A DNA stretch of 64,000 nt, taken from assembly GCA_014896485.1 (NCBI GenBank), contig JADBKH010000005.1, forward strand, positions 7,500-71,499, given 5' to 3'. The position numbers and the translations under genes were made by a program. The stretch is from Bacillota bacterium (lineage in GTDB: Bacteria > Bacillota > Bacilli > Bu12). A model generated the notes under the pieces. It did no database searches. It worked only from the letters and a program-made list of their open reading frames with translations, and was not told where the DNA came from. Below are positions 1-10,569 of this stretch, piece by piece (positions within the stretch are counted from its first letter, which is position 1; every line of letters starts with the position of its first letter).

Positions 1-762
1 GAGATCGATCCCGCCAGAGCCGCCGTCACCGGGGTACCTTGGGGCACCTACGGCACACAGAGCTTGGGGCGTTGGTTTACCGCCTTGGGTATTTCCATGG
101 AAGATGAACAGACAAGCAAGGCACTTTTGCACATGAACGATACCCGTGTCCCGATGTTTAACCCGCTGCCCACCCTCACTCCGGTACGTAGTGGTACCCA
201 AATCCCTTTCGCCGGAACAGAAGCGATCATCCTTTGGGCACCGGGGCATACCCCGGGGCAGCTCAACCTCTATCTGCCGCAAACCCACGAACTCTTCTCC
301 GGCGATCATATTCTGCCCAAGATTACGCCGAACGTAAGCCGTCTGCCTGGTGGCCTGTTGAATCCGTTGGCATCCTACATGGAAAATTTGCGCCAATTGT
401 TGATGCTGCCGCTGGGCACCATCTACCCAGCTCACGGGAAAGTGCTGGAAGAAGGGGTCCGCCGTGTCATCGAGCTGTACGATCACCACATTGAGCGTGC
501 CCAACTGGCAGCAGAATGCGCACAGGGTGGCCGCAATGTCTTCGACATTACGATCGATCTGTTCAGCTATCGGCAACTGAAGGTTTGGGATTATCCATTG
601 GCCCTCGGTGAAGCGCTGGCCCACCTGGAGTATATGGTCTCCCAAAACCGCGTCGATCGTCTGATCGATGGCAAGCCGACCCTACCGGAGACTCGCTTGG
701 AAAGTGTACTACTCGATGTTCCTGAAGCAGAGATGCCCACTTTGCGTTACCGCAGCAAGTAA
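1..762 (+). CDS. MBL-fold metallo-hydrolase (5'-truncated by window edge)
   Basis: Frame is open from base 1. It has PGHTPG, SGDHILPKITPN and YPAHG motifs and the C-terminal GEALAHL-type tail of this MBL subfamily. Confidence 0.85.
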   Translation, partial: EIDPARAAVTGVPWGTYGTQSLGRWFTALGISMEDEQTSKALLHMNDTRVPMFNPLPTLTPVRSGTQIPFAGTEAIILWAPGHTPGQLNLYLPQTHELFSGDHILPKITPNVSRLPGGLLNPLASYMENLRQLLMLPLGTIYPAHGKVLEEGVRRVIELYDHHIERAQLAAECAQGGRNVFDITIDLFSYRQLKVWDYPLALGEALAHLEYMVSQNRVDRLIDGKPTLPETRLESVLLDVPEAEMPTLRYRSK

Positions 763-848
763 TTGGATCAACCCAACCGAAGCGTTTTGGATAGCAAGGA
801 GGAGCAGCAATGCGCTGCCCCTCCTTTTGTCCACAGGTTCCATCCTTT

Positions 849-1634
849 TCAGACAGCGCTTTGTCCTCCGTCGACTGCGATCACCTGACCAGTGATATAG
901 CTGCCTGCATCCGAAGCCAACAAGAGGGCGATGCCCTTCAGCTCCTCTGGTTCACCCAACCGCCCCAACGGGATAAACGCCGAAAGACGGGCGACATACT
1001 GCGGATCTTCGACGATGAACTGTGTCATGCGCGAAGGGAAAAAGCCCGGGGCAATTGCATTGACCCGTACATTGTAAGGAGCCCACTTGACCGCCAAGTC
1101 GCGCGTCAAGCCGTCGACCGCCGCTTTGGAAGCATTGTAGTCCAAAGCATTGAGCACCTGTGCGGGAATCCCCTTTTGACCAGCGATCGACGAAATGTTG
1201 ATCACCGAGCCCTTTCTGCGTTGGATCATTTGTCGACCAAATGCCCGTGTCATCAGCCAAGTGCCGCGGACATTGGTATCAAAGACGTCGTCCCATTTGT
1301 CGATCGGGATCTCCAGTGGATCCGCTCCCCAGGAGCGACCACTGTTGTTGACGAGCACGTCGACGGCACCAAACGCTTCCAAGACACTCTCAGCAAATGC
1401 GTCGATGTGTGCCGGATCGGTCACATCACAGGCTTTGACCAACGTCTTTGTACCGTACTGTCGCTCCAGCTCCGCAGCGACATGTTCGAGATTTTCCACA
1501 CGGCGGGAGCAGAGGGCGATGGCAGAGGCACCTGCTTCGGCAAAAGCCTCGGCGATCACTTGCCCCAAACCTCGCCCACCACCGGTCACCACGCACGTCT
1601 TGCCCTGCAGGGAAAAACGCTCAATGCTGGACAA
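849..1634 (-). CDS. SDR-family oxidoreductase (gluconate 5-dehydrogenase/FabG-like)
   Basis: [17 protein letters not shown] (YxxxK), NAIAPG motifs. TTG start at 1634 chosen for the upstream GGAG SD. Confidence 0.85.
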   Translation of the reverse strand: MSSIERFSLQGKTCVVTGGGRGLGQVIAEAFAEAGASAIALCSRRVENLEHVAAELERQYGTKTLVKACDVTDPAHIDAFAESVLEAFGAVDVLVNNSGRSWGADPLEIPIDKWDDVFDTNVRGTWLMTRAFGRQMIQRRKGSVINISSIAGQKGIPAQVLNALDYNASKAAVDGLTRDLAVKWAPYNVRVNAIAPGFFPSRMTQFIVEDPQYVARLSAFIPLGRLGEPEELKGIALLLASDAGSYITGQVIAVDGGQSAV

Positions 1635-2805
1635 ATTCGAACACTCCTGCCGCTCCCATGCCGCCCCCAATGCACATCGTCACCAACCCATAGTGGGCGT
1701 TGCGCCTTCGTGCCTCTTCGATGATATCCACAGTCAAGCGGGCACCCGAGCACCCCAACGGATGGCCGATGGCGATAGCACCGCCATTGACGTTGGTCTT
1801 CTCTGGATCCATGCCCAACGTGCGCATCACGTAGAGCGATTGGGAGGCAAAAGCCTCATTGAGTTCGATGAGATCGATGTCCTCCATCGTCAGGCCGGCC
1901 AATCGCAGTGCCTTGGGCACAGCTGCGACAGGACCAATTCCCATCACGGTGGGATCGACACCGCCGACTGCAAAGGAGCGAAAGATGGCGGTAGGTTGCA
2001 GTCCCAACGCGGCTGCCCGCTCCTCCGACATCACGACAACGCCAGCAGCGCCATCGGAAGTCTGGGAGGAATTGCCCGCTGTCACGCTGCCTCCTGCCTT
2101 AAAGACAGGGCGAAGTTTGGCCAACGCCTCGAGGCTCGTTTCACGGCGTGCGCCTTCATCCCGGTCAAAGAGGATCTCCTTCTCGATCCGCTGTCCGTCA
2201 GGTGTAATCGTCACCTGGCGGACGGGCACCGGAACGGTCTGTGCCTTCAGCTTGCCGGCATCCTGCGCCGCAATGGCCCGCTGATGGCTACGCAATGCGA
2301 AGGCATCCTGATCTTCCCGAGAGATCCCAAAGCGTGAAGCGACCTCTTCGGCGGTCAGGCCCATCCCCCAGTAAGCTCCGGGGGCAATCTCCAACAGACG
2401 CGGATTGGGCGCTGCCTTGGTACTTCCCATGGGCAAAAAGCTCATGCTCTCTACTCCGCCTGCGATGATCGTCTCGGCAAAACCACACATGATGTGCTCC
2501 GCTGCCAAGGCGATCGATTGGAGACCGGAAGAACAAAAGCGGTTGATCGTAAAGCCCGGTACGCTCTCTGGCAATCCGGAAAGAAGGGCCACCTGCCGCC
2601 CCATGTTCATCCCTTGCTCTGCTTCAGGCATCGCTGTGCCAAGGATGACGTCTTCGATCTCGCTCGGATCGACTTGCGGCAGACGCCGCAGTAAATCTTG
2701 AATGACCAGCGTGGCCAGATCGTCTGGACGTGTATGGCGCAACGTGCCCCGCGGCGCCTTGCCGACTGGCGTGCGCGACCCTGCAACAATGACAGCTTGG
2801 CGCAT
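1621..2805 (-). CDS. fadA: Acetyl-CoA C-acyltransferase (3-ketoacyl-CoA thiolase)
   Basis: [28 protein letters not shown] thiolase motifs. ATG at 2805 follows an AAGGGGG SD. Confidence 0.95.
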   Translation of the reverse strand: MRQAVIVAGSRTPVGKAPRGTLRHTRPDDLATLVIQDLLRRLPQVDPSEIEDVILGTAMPEAEQGMNMGRQVALLSGLPESVPGFTINRFCSSGLQSIALAAEHIMCGFAETIIAGGVESMSFLPMGSTKAAPNPRLLEIAPGAYWGMGLTAEEVASRFGISREDQDAFALRSHQRAIAAQDAGKLKAQTVPVPVRQVTITPDGQRIEKEILFDRDEGARRETSLEALAKLRPVFKAGGSVTAGNSSQTSDGAAGVVVMSEERAAALGLQPTAIFRSFAVGGVDPTVMGIGPVAAVPKALRLAGLTMEDIDLIELNEAFASQSLYVMRTLGMDPEKTNVNGGAIAIGHPLGCSGARLTVDIIEEARRRNAHYGLVTMCIGGGMGAAGVFEFVQH

Positions 2806-2819
2806 CGACGATTCCCCCT

Positions 2820-5201
2820 TCAATTGCGCACGGGCTTTCCCGTGGTCAATAGCGCGGCAATACGCTGTTGTGTCTTCGGCTCGCCACACAGGCTCAAAAA
2901 CGCTTCCCGTTCCAAATCCAGCAGGTAGCTTTCTGGCACCAGCGTGTTCTTCGGCACATCGCCGCCGGTGAGCACCCTGGCCAGCTTGGTTGCGATCAGC
3001 CGATCATGATCGCTGATCTGCCCGGCGACGTACATCCCTTCCAACATGGCCAGCAAGGTGCCATACCCCGAGACACCCAGCACGGGAACAGGTTTCGGTT
3101 GTCGTGGACGATATTGCTCCCCCAAGGCGAGCACACGTTGTTTGGCCTGTGCCAGCTGTAGATCGGACTGGATGGAAACCTGATCGGTCGGCCGTAAAAA
3201 TGCCCGGCTTCGCGCATCCTCGGCACTCGAAGAGACGGTGGCCATCGCGATCGTTTGGAAAGTATGGATCAGATAGGGCTCCAGATCGACATGGGTCCCT
3301 TCGGGAATCGATTCGATATGACGCAGGTAGAGCTCTTTGTTGCCGCCACCACCCGGAATCAAACCGACGCCTGTCTCGACCAGACCGAGGTAAGTCTCCG
3401 CATCCGCCTGAATGGCATCTGCCGCAAAGCTGATCTCACACCCACCGCCCAACGTACGTTGATAGGGCGCAGCTACAACGGGGCGATCCCACATCTTGAG
3501 GTGGTAAAGGGCATACTGGAAACGGCGAATGAATGTCTCAAGCAGCTCCCAGGGACTCTTGCCTTGGGCATTGGCTTGCATCATCATGCCGAGGTTGGCC
3601 CCTGTACAGAAGTTCTTTCCCGATGCTCCGATCACGACGCCGACAAACCTTGCCGGGAGCGATTCGACGACGCGTTCCAGGGCTTCGATGACAGCATCAT
3701 CGATGGTATTTTTGGGACCGTGCAAGTCGAGCAGCGCTACATCGTCACCGATGTCGTAAAGGCTGGCCCCATCATTTTCAAAGAGCTTCGTTCCCTCCTT
3801 GCGCAAGGAGGCAATATCGATACGCTCCGGCAAGCGCCATTGGGGTCGGTAGCTGCTGTGTTGTGGTTGCTCGGCATCCAAATGAAAGGCACCCTCTTGG
3901 GTGTAGAAGCGATCGTAGCCTTTCGCCAGCAACGCCTCGACAATAGGTGGAACACGTCCCCCTTCCTGGCGGATGCGTTGTGCTGTCGCTTCTACCCCCA
4001 GGGCATCCCACATCTCAAAGGGACCCGCTTCCCAGTTGAAGCCCCACTTCATGGCATTGTCGATTGCTTCAATGTCGTCGGCAATTTCCGGAACGCGTTC
4101 TGCAGCATAGCAAAGCGTATCGCGCAAGACCTCCCACGCAAATCGGCTGCCTTCATCCTCACCGCTTGTCAAAGCACGCAATCGCTCGGACAGCGATTTG
4201 GCTTGCTGAGCTGCACGCAAGGAGGGGAAATCCACCGTCTTTGGTGACCGGTAGGTAAAGCTCTCTAGGTCCAAGACTAGCCGCTGTCCCCGTTCTTTCT
4301 TGTAAAAACCTGCCCCGCTTTTGTCGCCCAACTGTCCCTGGTCGATCATCTTCTGCAAGATGGGCAGAAAACCGCCCAGGTCGGCTTCGCCGGTATTCTC
4401 AGCGACATGTAGCATGGTATCCAAACCGACCATATCGAGGGTGCGGAAGGTGGCACTGTTGGGGTGCCCCATCACCCGTCCGGTCAAGGCATCGACCTCT
4501 TCGATCGAAAGATGGTGGTGCTGCATCGCTGCCAAGGTGGCCAAAAAACCGTAATTGCCAATGCGGTTGCCAACAAAGTTGGGGGTATCTTTGCCAATGA
4601 CCACTCCTTTACCCAAGCGCCGGGTTCCAAACTCCCGGAACCAGCTGACCAGCTCTGGATCGGTCTTGGGGCCTGGCACCACCTCGAGCAATCTCATGTA
4701 GCGTGGGGGGTTGAAAAAATGGGTGACCAAAAAGCGGGATTGAAGGGCCTCTGGGAGTGCCTCGGCCATCGCCGCAACCGAGATGCCAGAAGTGTTTGAC
4801 GAAACGATGGTGTTTTCTCCGACGATCGCGCCTACTTTGGCAAGGATCTCTCGCTTGACGTCGAGCCTTTCGACGACCGCTTCAATCACCCAATCCACCT
4901 TGGCACATTGTTGCAGGTCGTCCTCGATGTTGCCACAACGGATTGCATCCGCAAACGAAGGGTGAAAAAGCGCGGGCGGTCTACTTTTGAGGACACGCTG
5001 TTTTCCCGCTTCGGCAAGGCGGTTTCGGACAACTTTGTCCTGCAAAGTAAGGCCTTTCTTTTCTTCTTCAGACGTCAATGCAGTGGGAACGATATCGAGC
5101 AACAGAGTAGGGATGCCAACATTGGCCAGATGGGCGGCGATCTGCGCTCCCATCACCCCGGCACCCAACACTGCGGCACGCCGAATGGGCGTTAGAATCA
5201 C
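2820..5201 (-). CDS. fadN: 3-hydroxyacyl-CoA dehydrogenase/enoyl-CoA hydratase fusion (FadN/YusL type)
   Basis: N-terminal GAGVMG, SNTSG and HFFNPPRY; C-terminal crotonase motifs [23 protein letters not shown] at 5201 follows an AAAGGAGG SD (alternative ATG 5225). Confidence 0.92.
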   Translation of the reverse strand: MILTPIRRAAVLGAGVMGAQIAAHLANVGIPTLLLDIVPTALTSEEEKKGLTLQDKVVRNRLAEAGKQRVLKSRPPALFHPSFADAIRCGNIEDDLQQCAKVDWVIEAVVERLDVKREILAKVGAIVGENTIVSSNTSGISVAAMAEALPEALQSRFLVTHFFNPPRYMRLLEVVPGPKTDPELVSWFREFGTRRLGKGVVIGKDTPNFVGNRIGNYGFLATLAAMQHHHLSIEEVDALTGRVMGHPNSATFRTLDMVGLDTMLHVAENTGEADLGGFLPILQKMIDQGQLGDKSGAGFYKKERGQRLVLDLESFTYRSPKTVDFPSLRAAQQAKSLSERLRALTSGEDEGSRFAWEVLRDTLCYAAERVPEIADDIEAIDNAMKWGFNWEAGPFEMWDALGVEATAQRIRQEGGRVPPIVEALLAKGYDRFYTQEGAFHLDAEQPQHSSYRPQWRLPERIDIASLRKEGTKLFENDGASLYDIGDDVALLDLHGPKNTIDDAVIEALERVVESLPARFVGVVIGASGKNFCTGANLGMMMQANAQGKSPWELLETFIRRFQYALYHLKMWDRPVVAAPYQRTLGGGCEISFAADAIQADAETYLGLVETGVGLIPGGGGNKELYLRHIESIPEGTHVDLEPYLIHTFQTIAMATVSSSAEDARSRAFLRPTDQVSIQSDLQLAQAKQRVLALGEQYRPRQPKPVPVLGVSGYGTLLAMLEGMYVAGQISDHDRLIATKLARVLTGGDVPKNTLVPESYLLDLEREAFLSLCGEPKTQQRIAALLTTGKPVRN

Positions 5202-5221
5202 GAAGCCTGCCTCCTTTGGAT

Positions 5222-6361
5222 TCATTTGAGCAGTGCTCGAGAGATGACAATGCGCTGAATTTCGTTGGTTCCCTCATAGATCTGCGTGATCTTGGCATCG
5301 CGCATGAAGCGCTCGACAGGATATTCAACGGTGTAGCCATAGCCACCGAAGATCTGCACCGCTTGTGTCGCCACCTGCATCGCGGTGTCCGAAGCGAAAA
5401 GTTTGGCCATGGAAGAAGCCATCCCGTGTCCGCCCCCATGATCTTCCATCCAGACGGCATGGTAGGTAAGCAAGCGACTTGCTTCAATTGCCGTCGCCAT
5501 ATCGGCAAGTTTGAACTGGATCGCCTGGAAATCGGCGATCGGCCTTCCAAACTGTTCCCGCTGCTTGGCATAAGCGATCGCTGCCTCCAAGGCCCCCTCG
5601 GCAATGCCTAAAGCCTGCGCGGCGATACCGTTTCGGCCACCATCCAGTGTGGCCATCGCGATCTTAAAACCCTCTCCCTCCTGACCAAGGCGGTTCGCTA
5701 TCGGCACTTCGACATTCTCAAAGAGGAGTTCTTGGGTTGTAGAAGAACGAATCCCCATTTTGTGGATCTCTTTGCCGAAACTGAAGCCGGGCATCCCTTT
5801 TTCCACGACAAAAGCGGTCACGCCATGAGCGCCTTTCGACGGATCGACTGTAGCGAAGACGACGTATGTATCCGCCGCTCCCCCGTTGGTGATGAACGTT
5901 TTCTGCCCGTTGAGCAAGTAGGTATCGCCTTGGCGCTGTGCTCGGGTTTGCAGATGAGCTGCGTCGGATCCAGCCCCCGGTTCGGTTAACGCAAAAGCCC
6001 CCAAGGCACGTCCTTCGGCCAGCGGGGTCAAGAAACGCTCTTTTTGCTCATCCGTGCCAAACCGGTCGATCGGCCAACTACACAGGCTGACATGCGCACC
6101 CAAAACGACCGAGAGCGAAGCATCGACTTTGGCGAGTTCCTCCATGGCGATGATATAACTCGTAAAGTCCGCTCCCGCTCCACCGTACTTTTCGGACCAA
6201 GGAATGCCGGTCAATCCCAATGCTGCCATGCGCTCGAAGAGGGTGCGATCAAAATGCTCTTGCTGATCCCGCTGCGCGGCACCAGGTGCTACCTCTCGTC
6301 GGGCAAAGTCACGCACCATCTCCCGCATCTGCCGGTGTTCTGGTGATTCGCTGAAGTCCAA
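5222..6361 (-). CDS. Acyl-CoA dehydrogenase (short/branched-chain, AcdA/MmgC-like)
   Basis: [49 protein letters not shown] motifs. Confidence 0.95.
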   Translation of the reverse strand: MDFSESPEHRQMREMVRDFARREVAPGAAQRDQQEHFDRTLFERMAALGLTGIPWSEKYGGAGADFTSYIIAMEELAKVDASLSVVLGAHVSLCSWPIDRFGTDEQKERFLTPLAEGRALGAFALTEPGAGSDAAHLQTRAQRQGDTYLLNGQKTFITNGGAADTYVVFATVDPSKGAHGVTAFVVEKGMPGFSFGKEIHKMGIRSSTTQELLFENVEVPIANRLGQEGEGFKIAMATLDGGRNGIAAQALGIAEGALEAAIAYAKQREQFGRPIADFQAIQFKLADMATAIEASRLLTYHAVWMEDHGGGHGMASSMAKLFASDTAMQVATQAVQIFGGYGYTVEYPVERFMRDAKITQIYEGTNEIQRIVISRALLK

Positions 6362-6372
6362 ACCGCTGCCCC

Positions 6373-7584
6373 CTAGACTCGAATCCCGTGCGCTGCGTAT
6401 AGACGCCGCGCGACCACCAGGTGCTGCACCTGATTGGTCCCTTCAAAAATATCAAAAACCTTGCAATCCCGGTAGAGCTTTTCGACAGGATGATCGACTA
6501 CACCGGTTGGGCCCAAAAGTTCCAGCCCCATGGCACAAACTTCAAGGGAGACACGTCCTGCATAGGCCTTCGACATGGAAGCTTCTTTGCTGTTGGGCTC
6601 TCCGATATCACCCTTCCAGGCCGCTTCCCAGACGAGGCTGCGGGCAGCTTCGATCTTGCGATACATCTCGGCCAAGCGCTCGCGGGCACTGTGGTAAAAA
6701 TGCCCCGTTGGCGCGTAGCCCTGCCGGAGGATTTCAAGCGTGTACTCATACGCCGCCCGTGCGATGCCCATCGCCATGGCAGCCACCACGGGCCGCGTGT
6801 TGTCAAACGTCTGCATGGCAACGCGAAATCCCGCTGGCCCATTGCTGCGTGCTTGGTACTGCGCTTCGCCTCCCAGCAGGTTCTCGTCCGGAACGAAGCA
6901 ATCTTCAAAGAGCAGCTCCGCCGTCTCAGAAGCGCGTAATCCCATCTTGTGCAAAATACGCGTACAAGTAAAGCCCGGCGTTCCCTTCTCGACAAGAAAA
7001 GCCCGCTGACCAGCCCGCCCCAGTGTCGGATCGACAGTGGCAAAGACGACGTTCCAGGCCGCCCTTCCCCCGTTGGTGATGAAGATCTTGCGGCCATTCA
7101 AGATCCAGCCGCCCTCGACCTTCTTTGCTGAGGTGCGAATGCCGGAGACATCGGAACCAGCTTCCGGCTCGGTCAGGGCATAGGCCCCCCACATCGGTTC
7201 CTTTGCTCCTCGGAACATTCCCAGGTACTTCTCCTTTTGAGCAGGAGTCCCCATCAAAGCCACCGGGGGACCTCCCAATCCTGGACCGGGCAGAGCCAGT
7301 GCCAGTCCCGGATCTCCCCAGCCGATCTCTTCGGCCAGGAGTACCCCGTTGCGGTTGGCCGTGCGCTCTTGGGGTCGATCGTCCGCCCTTTCCGCCCCAC
7401 TTTGCCCAGGTGCGCCGCCCAGATCGAGACCGACGCCGAGGGCCATCGCTTGCTGCAAATAAGCCTTGGGTGCATCTTCGATGCGATCGGCTTCCATGGC
7501 ATACGGCCGCATCACACCTTGTGCAAACGCATGCGCCATCTCACGCAGCTGCTTTTGCTGCGGAGTCAATGTAAAATCGATCAT
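6373..7584 (-). CDS. Acyl-CoA dehydrogenase, FadE23-like
   Basis: [33 protein letters not shown] motifs; catalytic Glu present. Confidence 0.9.
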   Translation of the reverse strand: MIDFTLTPQQKQLREMAHAFAQGVMRPYAMEADRIEDAPKAYLQQAMALGVGLDLGGAPGQSGAERADDRPQERTANRNGVLLAEEIGWGDPGLALALPGPGLGGPPVALMGTPAQKEKYLGMFRGAKEPMWGAYALTEPEAGSDVSGIRTSAKKVEGGWILNGRKIFITNGGRAAWNVVFATVDPTLGRAGQRAFLVEKGTPGFTCTRILHKMGLRASETAELLFEDCFVPDENLLGGEAQYQARSNGPAGFRVAMQTFDNTRPVVAAMAMGIARAAYEYTLEILRQGYAPTGHFYHSARERLAEMYRKIEAARSLVWEAAWKGDIGEPNSKEASMSKAYAGRVSLEVCAMGLELLGPTGVVDHPVEKLYRDCKVFDIFEGTNQVQHLVVARRLYAAHGIRV

Positions 7585-7596
7585 CTGCTTCCTCCC

Positions 7597-8760
7597 TCAG
7601 GCATTTTCTGCGAGCCGAAAGCCGGCCGTGCCGTCCTTCGCGCCAGCCTGCCACAACGCATCTCCAAGTACGGACTGCAGCTCCAACTCCCGACCAAAGA
7701 GCAACACCTGCGCCTCCGCATCGCGCATCCATTTCTCAACCGGATGATCCTGGACGAACCCATGACCACCGAGCAATTGCACAGCATTGCTGGTGACAAA
7801 TCGAACCGCCTGATGCGCATGGGCCAGAGCCATCGCTGCCGTGCTAAAGGCATCCTCCCCCTTGTCACCTTGCACGGCGGCTTTCCAAATCAGATTTCGC
7901 GCTGCTTCTGTCTCAATGGCCATATCGGCAGCGACAAACGATACCCCTTGGAAAGCAGCGATCACCTGCTGAAAAGCTCGACGCTGCGCGGTATATGCGA
8001 CGGTATACTCTGTAGCAGCGCGACAAGCACCCACTTCCAACGCCCCTTGTTCGATCGCCAGCGTTGTCAGCGCCTGTCGAATCGCCGTTTGTGCAGTCTC
8101 TCCAACAGCGAGCAAGTCTGCTTCCTCTAGGCGCACATCCTCGAAGCGAACCGATCCTACTCCAGCTGCCAGCATCCCCAAAGCGAGGGCATGGGGGCGA
8201 AAGTGCACTCCTGCTGCCGCAGAGGGAATGGCTAGGATCGCCATCCCCTCTTGCCCCCCTGCTGCTACCAAAAGATGTGCAGCATGCTGTGCGCCAAGGG
8301 TAATGGCGGATTCTCCGGAAAGCACCACACCACCAGCATTGCGTTGCCAAGCAAGGGAGCCATCGGCTTGTGGACGTTCTCCCCATACCGGTGCCACCCA
8401 GCAGACCGATGTCTCCGCCAAATCGCGCAGCCGATCCTGCGTTGGGGTCTGGCTGGCCAGTGCTGCCAACAAATGATGCCCGGTTTGGGCTCCCAACAGG
8501 GCTTGACTGCTACCTAAATCCCCCCAGCCCAACGCTTCGTAGGCAATCGCTTGGGTCACCAGGTTCAAACCAGCACCGCCCAATGCCTCTGGCAAAGAAA
8601 GGGCGGTTAGCCCCAGAGAGACCGCCTCTTGGAGTATCTGCGGGGGCAGCGCCCGTTTCGTCTCGACTTCTCGAGCGTTGTCGTGCAGATAGCGTTGCGC
8701 GAAAGCGTGCACGCTTTCGGCTAAGGCACTCTGGGCCTCTTCAGGTTGAAACGCGATCAT
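7597..8760 (-). CDS. Acyl-CoA dehydrogenase family protein, FadE24-like partner subunit
   Basis: QLLGGHGFVQDHPVEKWMRD is retained, but the TEPxxGSD and IxEG motifs are absent. Confidence 0.8.
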   Translation of the reverse strand: MIAFQPEEAQSALAESVHAFAQRYLHDNAREVETKRALPPQILQEAVSLGLTALSLPEALGGAGLNLVTQAIAYEALGWGDLGSSQALLGAQTGHHLLAALASQTPTQDRLRDLAETSVCWVAPVWGERPQADGSLAWQRNAGGVVLSGESAITLGAQHAAHLLVAAGGQEGMAILAIPSAAAGVHFRPHALALGMLAAGVGSVRFEDVRLEEADLLAVGETAQTAIRQALTTLAIEQGALEVGACRAATEYTVAYTAQRRAFQQVIAAFQGVSFVAADMAIETEAARNLIWKAAVQGDKGEDAFSTAAMALAHAHQAVRFVTSNAVQLLGGHGFVQDHPVEKWMRDAEAQVLLFGRELELQSVLGDALWQAGAKDGTAGFRLAENA

Positions 8761-8780
8761 CCGGTCGCTCTCCTTCCTCT

Positions 8781-8841
8781 TGATTCAAAAGAATCAGTTA
8801 ATACTTGCGCGTATTCTAAACCAAACGGTCGTCCGATTCAA
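8781..8841 (-). promoter_or_regulatory. Sigma-A promoter of the beta-oxidation operon with candidate repressor operators
   Basis: Minus strand TTGAAT (8836-8841)-17 nt-TAGAAT (8813-8818). An imperfect dyad AATCGGACG-AC-CGTTTGGTT lies across the spacer. A perfect dyad TGATTC-N4-GAATCA lies at 8781-8796. Confidence 0.6.
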
Positions 8842-8953
8842 GGCGGCCTCACCGACTTTGCTTCTCCTCCCCACCGCTTGATACCATAGGAGTGCCATCG
8901 GAAAGGGGACCCGTTCGGGCCATCGAAAGAATCGTTGTGGAGGTGAACAAGCG

Positions 8954-9544
8954 TTGGCGTACGATGTGTTGATTGTCGGCGGGGGACCGGCAGGATGTAG
9001 CGCCGCGATCTTTCTCGCACGTGCAGGCAAACAGGTGCAGGTCATCGATGATGAGACGGGAGGCAGCCAACGTGCCCTGGTACGAAATCACTATGGACGG
9101 CCGGAGGATACCCCAGGCCCAACGTTGCTTGCCGATGGCAAACAGCAAGCGAAGAAATACGGTGCCTCTTTTGCGAATGAAAGGGTCCAAAAGGCGGAAC
9201 GCATCGGCGATCTCTGGCGCCTGACGACGCCTTCGCATACTTTTGAGGCACCGATCCTCGTTTTGGCAACCGGTACCCAGACACAGCTGGCCGAACAGAT
9301 CGGTGTCCCCCTCCAACCCGGCCGTGAGCCCCATGTCCGCCAAATCGCTGTACATGATGGCCGGGGTAAGACCGCTTTGCCCGGCTTGTGGGTTGCGGGT
9401 ATTCTCTTCGGTGTCAGCGTGCATACCATCATCACTGCCGGTAATGGTGCCCAAGTTGCCGTGGAGATCCTCAGTGAAGAGCGTGGGACGCGCTTCGTCG
9501 ATCACGACGTCCTTTCGTCTCAACCGACAGCCTCTAATTCCTGA
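8954..9544 (+). CDS. Short NAD(P)/FAD-dependent oxidoreductase (thioredoxin-reductase-like FAD domain only)
   Basis: GGGPAG, LATG and GLWVAG FAD motifs; 196 aa; no CxxC. GGAGGTGA SD before the TTG. Confidence 0.8.
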   Translation: MAYDVLIVGGGPAGCSAAIFLARAGKQVQVIDDETGGSQRALVRNHYGRPEDTPGPTLLADGKQQAKKYGASFANERVQKAERIGDLWRLTTPSHTFEAPILVLATGTQTQLAEQIGVPLQPGREPHVRQIAVHDGRGKTALPGLWVAGILFGVSVHTIITAGNGAQVAVEILSEERGTRFVDHDVLSSQPTASNS

Positions 9545-9563
9545 ATCAAGCACAGTACTGTTG

Positions 9564-9596
9564 AAAGCGGAAGGGGATAGCCTTCCGCTTTCTTTT
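9564..9596 (+). terminator. Intrinsic terminator
   Basis: AAAGCGGAAGG-GGATAG-CCTTCCGCTTT hairpin followed by CTTTT. Confidence 0.75.
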
Positions 9597-9667
9597 ATCC
9601 ACTACACGATAGGCTCACCTCGAGCAGGCAATCGTGTATACTCCGAATGTAACCAGGGAAGGGGAGG

Positions 9668-10543
9668 ATAACAGCGGACCGTCGCCAAGCGGTACGACGT
9701 GTATGGCTCTCTCTCAGCTTTTCTGCGACGATTCTGGCAGCTGAGCTGGCAGGGGGGTTGATCGCGCACAGCTTGGCATTGTTGGCCGATGGGTGGCATA
9801 TGTTGGCAGATATTGTGGCCCTGGGAATCACCCAGTGGGCTTTTTGGTACGCCAGCCGTCCGGCGCAACAACATCGTTCTTTTGGTAACCTGCGCTCGGA
9901 GATCCTGGCTGCCTTTGGTAATGGTCTGCTGCTTATAGTGGTGGCCGTTTGGATCTTTGTAAGCGCTTGGCAACGTTTCCAACACCCTCAGCCCGTTTTG
10001 GGAGGATGGATGTTTGGATTTGCCCTCGTCTCGACGCTACTCAACGGCCTCTCCAGCTGGATTCTGCATACCGATAACGCTGAAAACCTCAACCAACGCG
10101 GTGCCTTTCTTCATGTCCTTGGAGATTTGGCAGGGGCAGTCGGGGCCTTGATCGCCGCCGTCGTCATCCGCCTGACCGGCTGGCATCTCGTTGACCCAGC
10201 GGTCTCGGTGTTGATCGGTTTGTTTGTCACCTTCACCGCCGTTCAATTGTTGCGAGACAGTGCCGCAGTACTGATGGAAGAAGTCCCTTCCGGACTTTCG
10301 GTCGCCGAAATCCTTGAAACGATCGAAAAAATAGACGATGTCATCAGCGTCCACGATCTCCACATTTGGACGGTCACCAGTGGTTTTGTCTCCCTCTCTT
10401 GCCACCTACAGATCACGGTCGGCGCAGACGAGCAGACCGTGATCGACCGCGTCAGCCGCAAACTTTACGAACGCTATGGAATTAAACACACCACCATACA
10501 AGTTGAACGCAGCCATCCTTTGGGTATCCATGCAGATCTGTAG
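9668..10543 (+). CDS. czcD: Cation diffusion facilitator transporter (CzcD/ZitB-like Zn/Co/Cd efflux)
   Basis: SLALLADGWHMLAD, FLHVLGD, VHDLHIW and HTTIQVE motifs. The frame extends upstream of the track start (9758) through TM1 to an ATA at 9668. Confidence 0.85.
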   Translation: MTADRRQAVRRVWLSLSFSATILAAELAGGLIAHSLALLADGWHMLADIVALGITQWAFWYASRPAQQHRSFGNLRSEILAAFGNGLLLIVVAVWIFVSAWQRFQHPQPVLGGWMFGFALVSTLLNGLSSWILHTDNAENLNQRGAFLHVLGDLAGAVGALIAAVVIRLTGWHLVDPAVSVLIGLFVTFTAVQLLRDSAAVLMEEVPSGLSVAEILETIEKIDDVISVHDLHIWTVTSGFVSLSCHLQITVGADEQTVIDRVSRKLYERYGIKHTTIQVERSHPLGIHADL

Positions 10544-10569
10544 CCCCCCTGTGCCGGATTGACTGCCTT

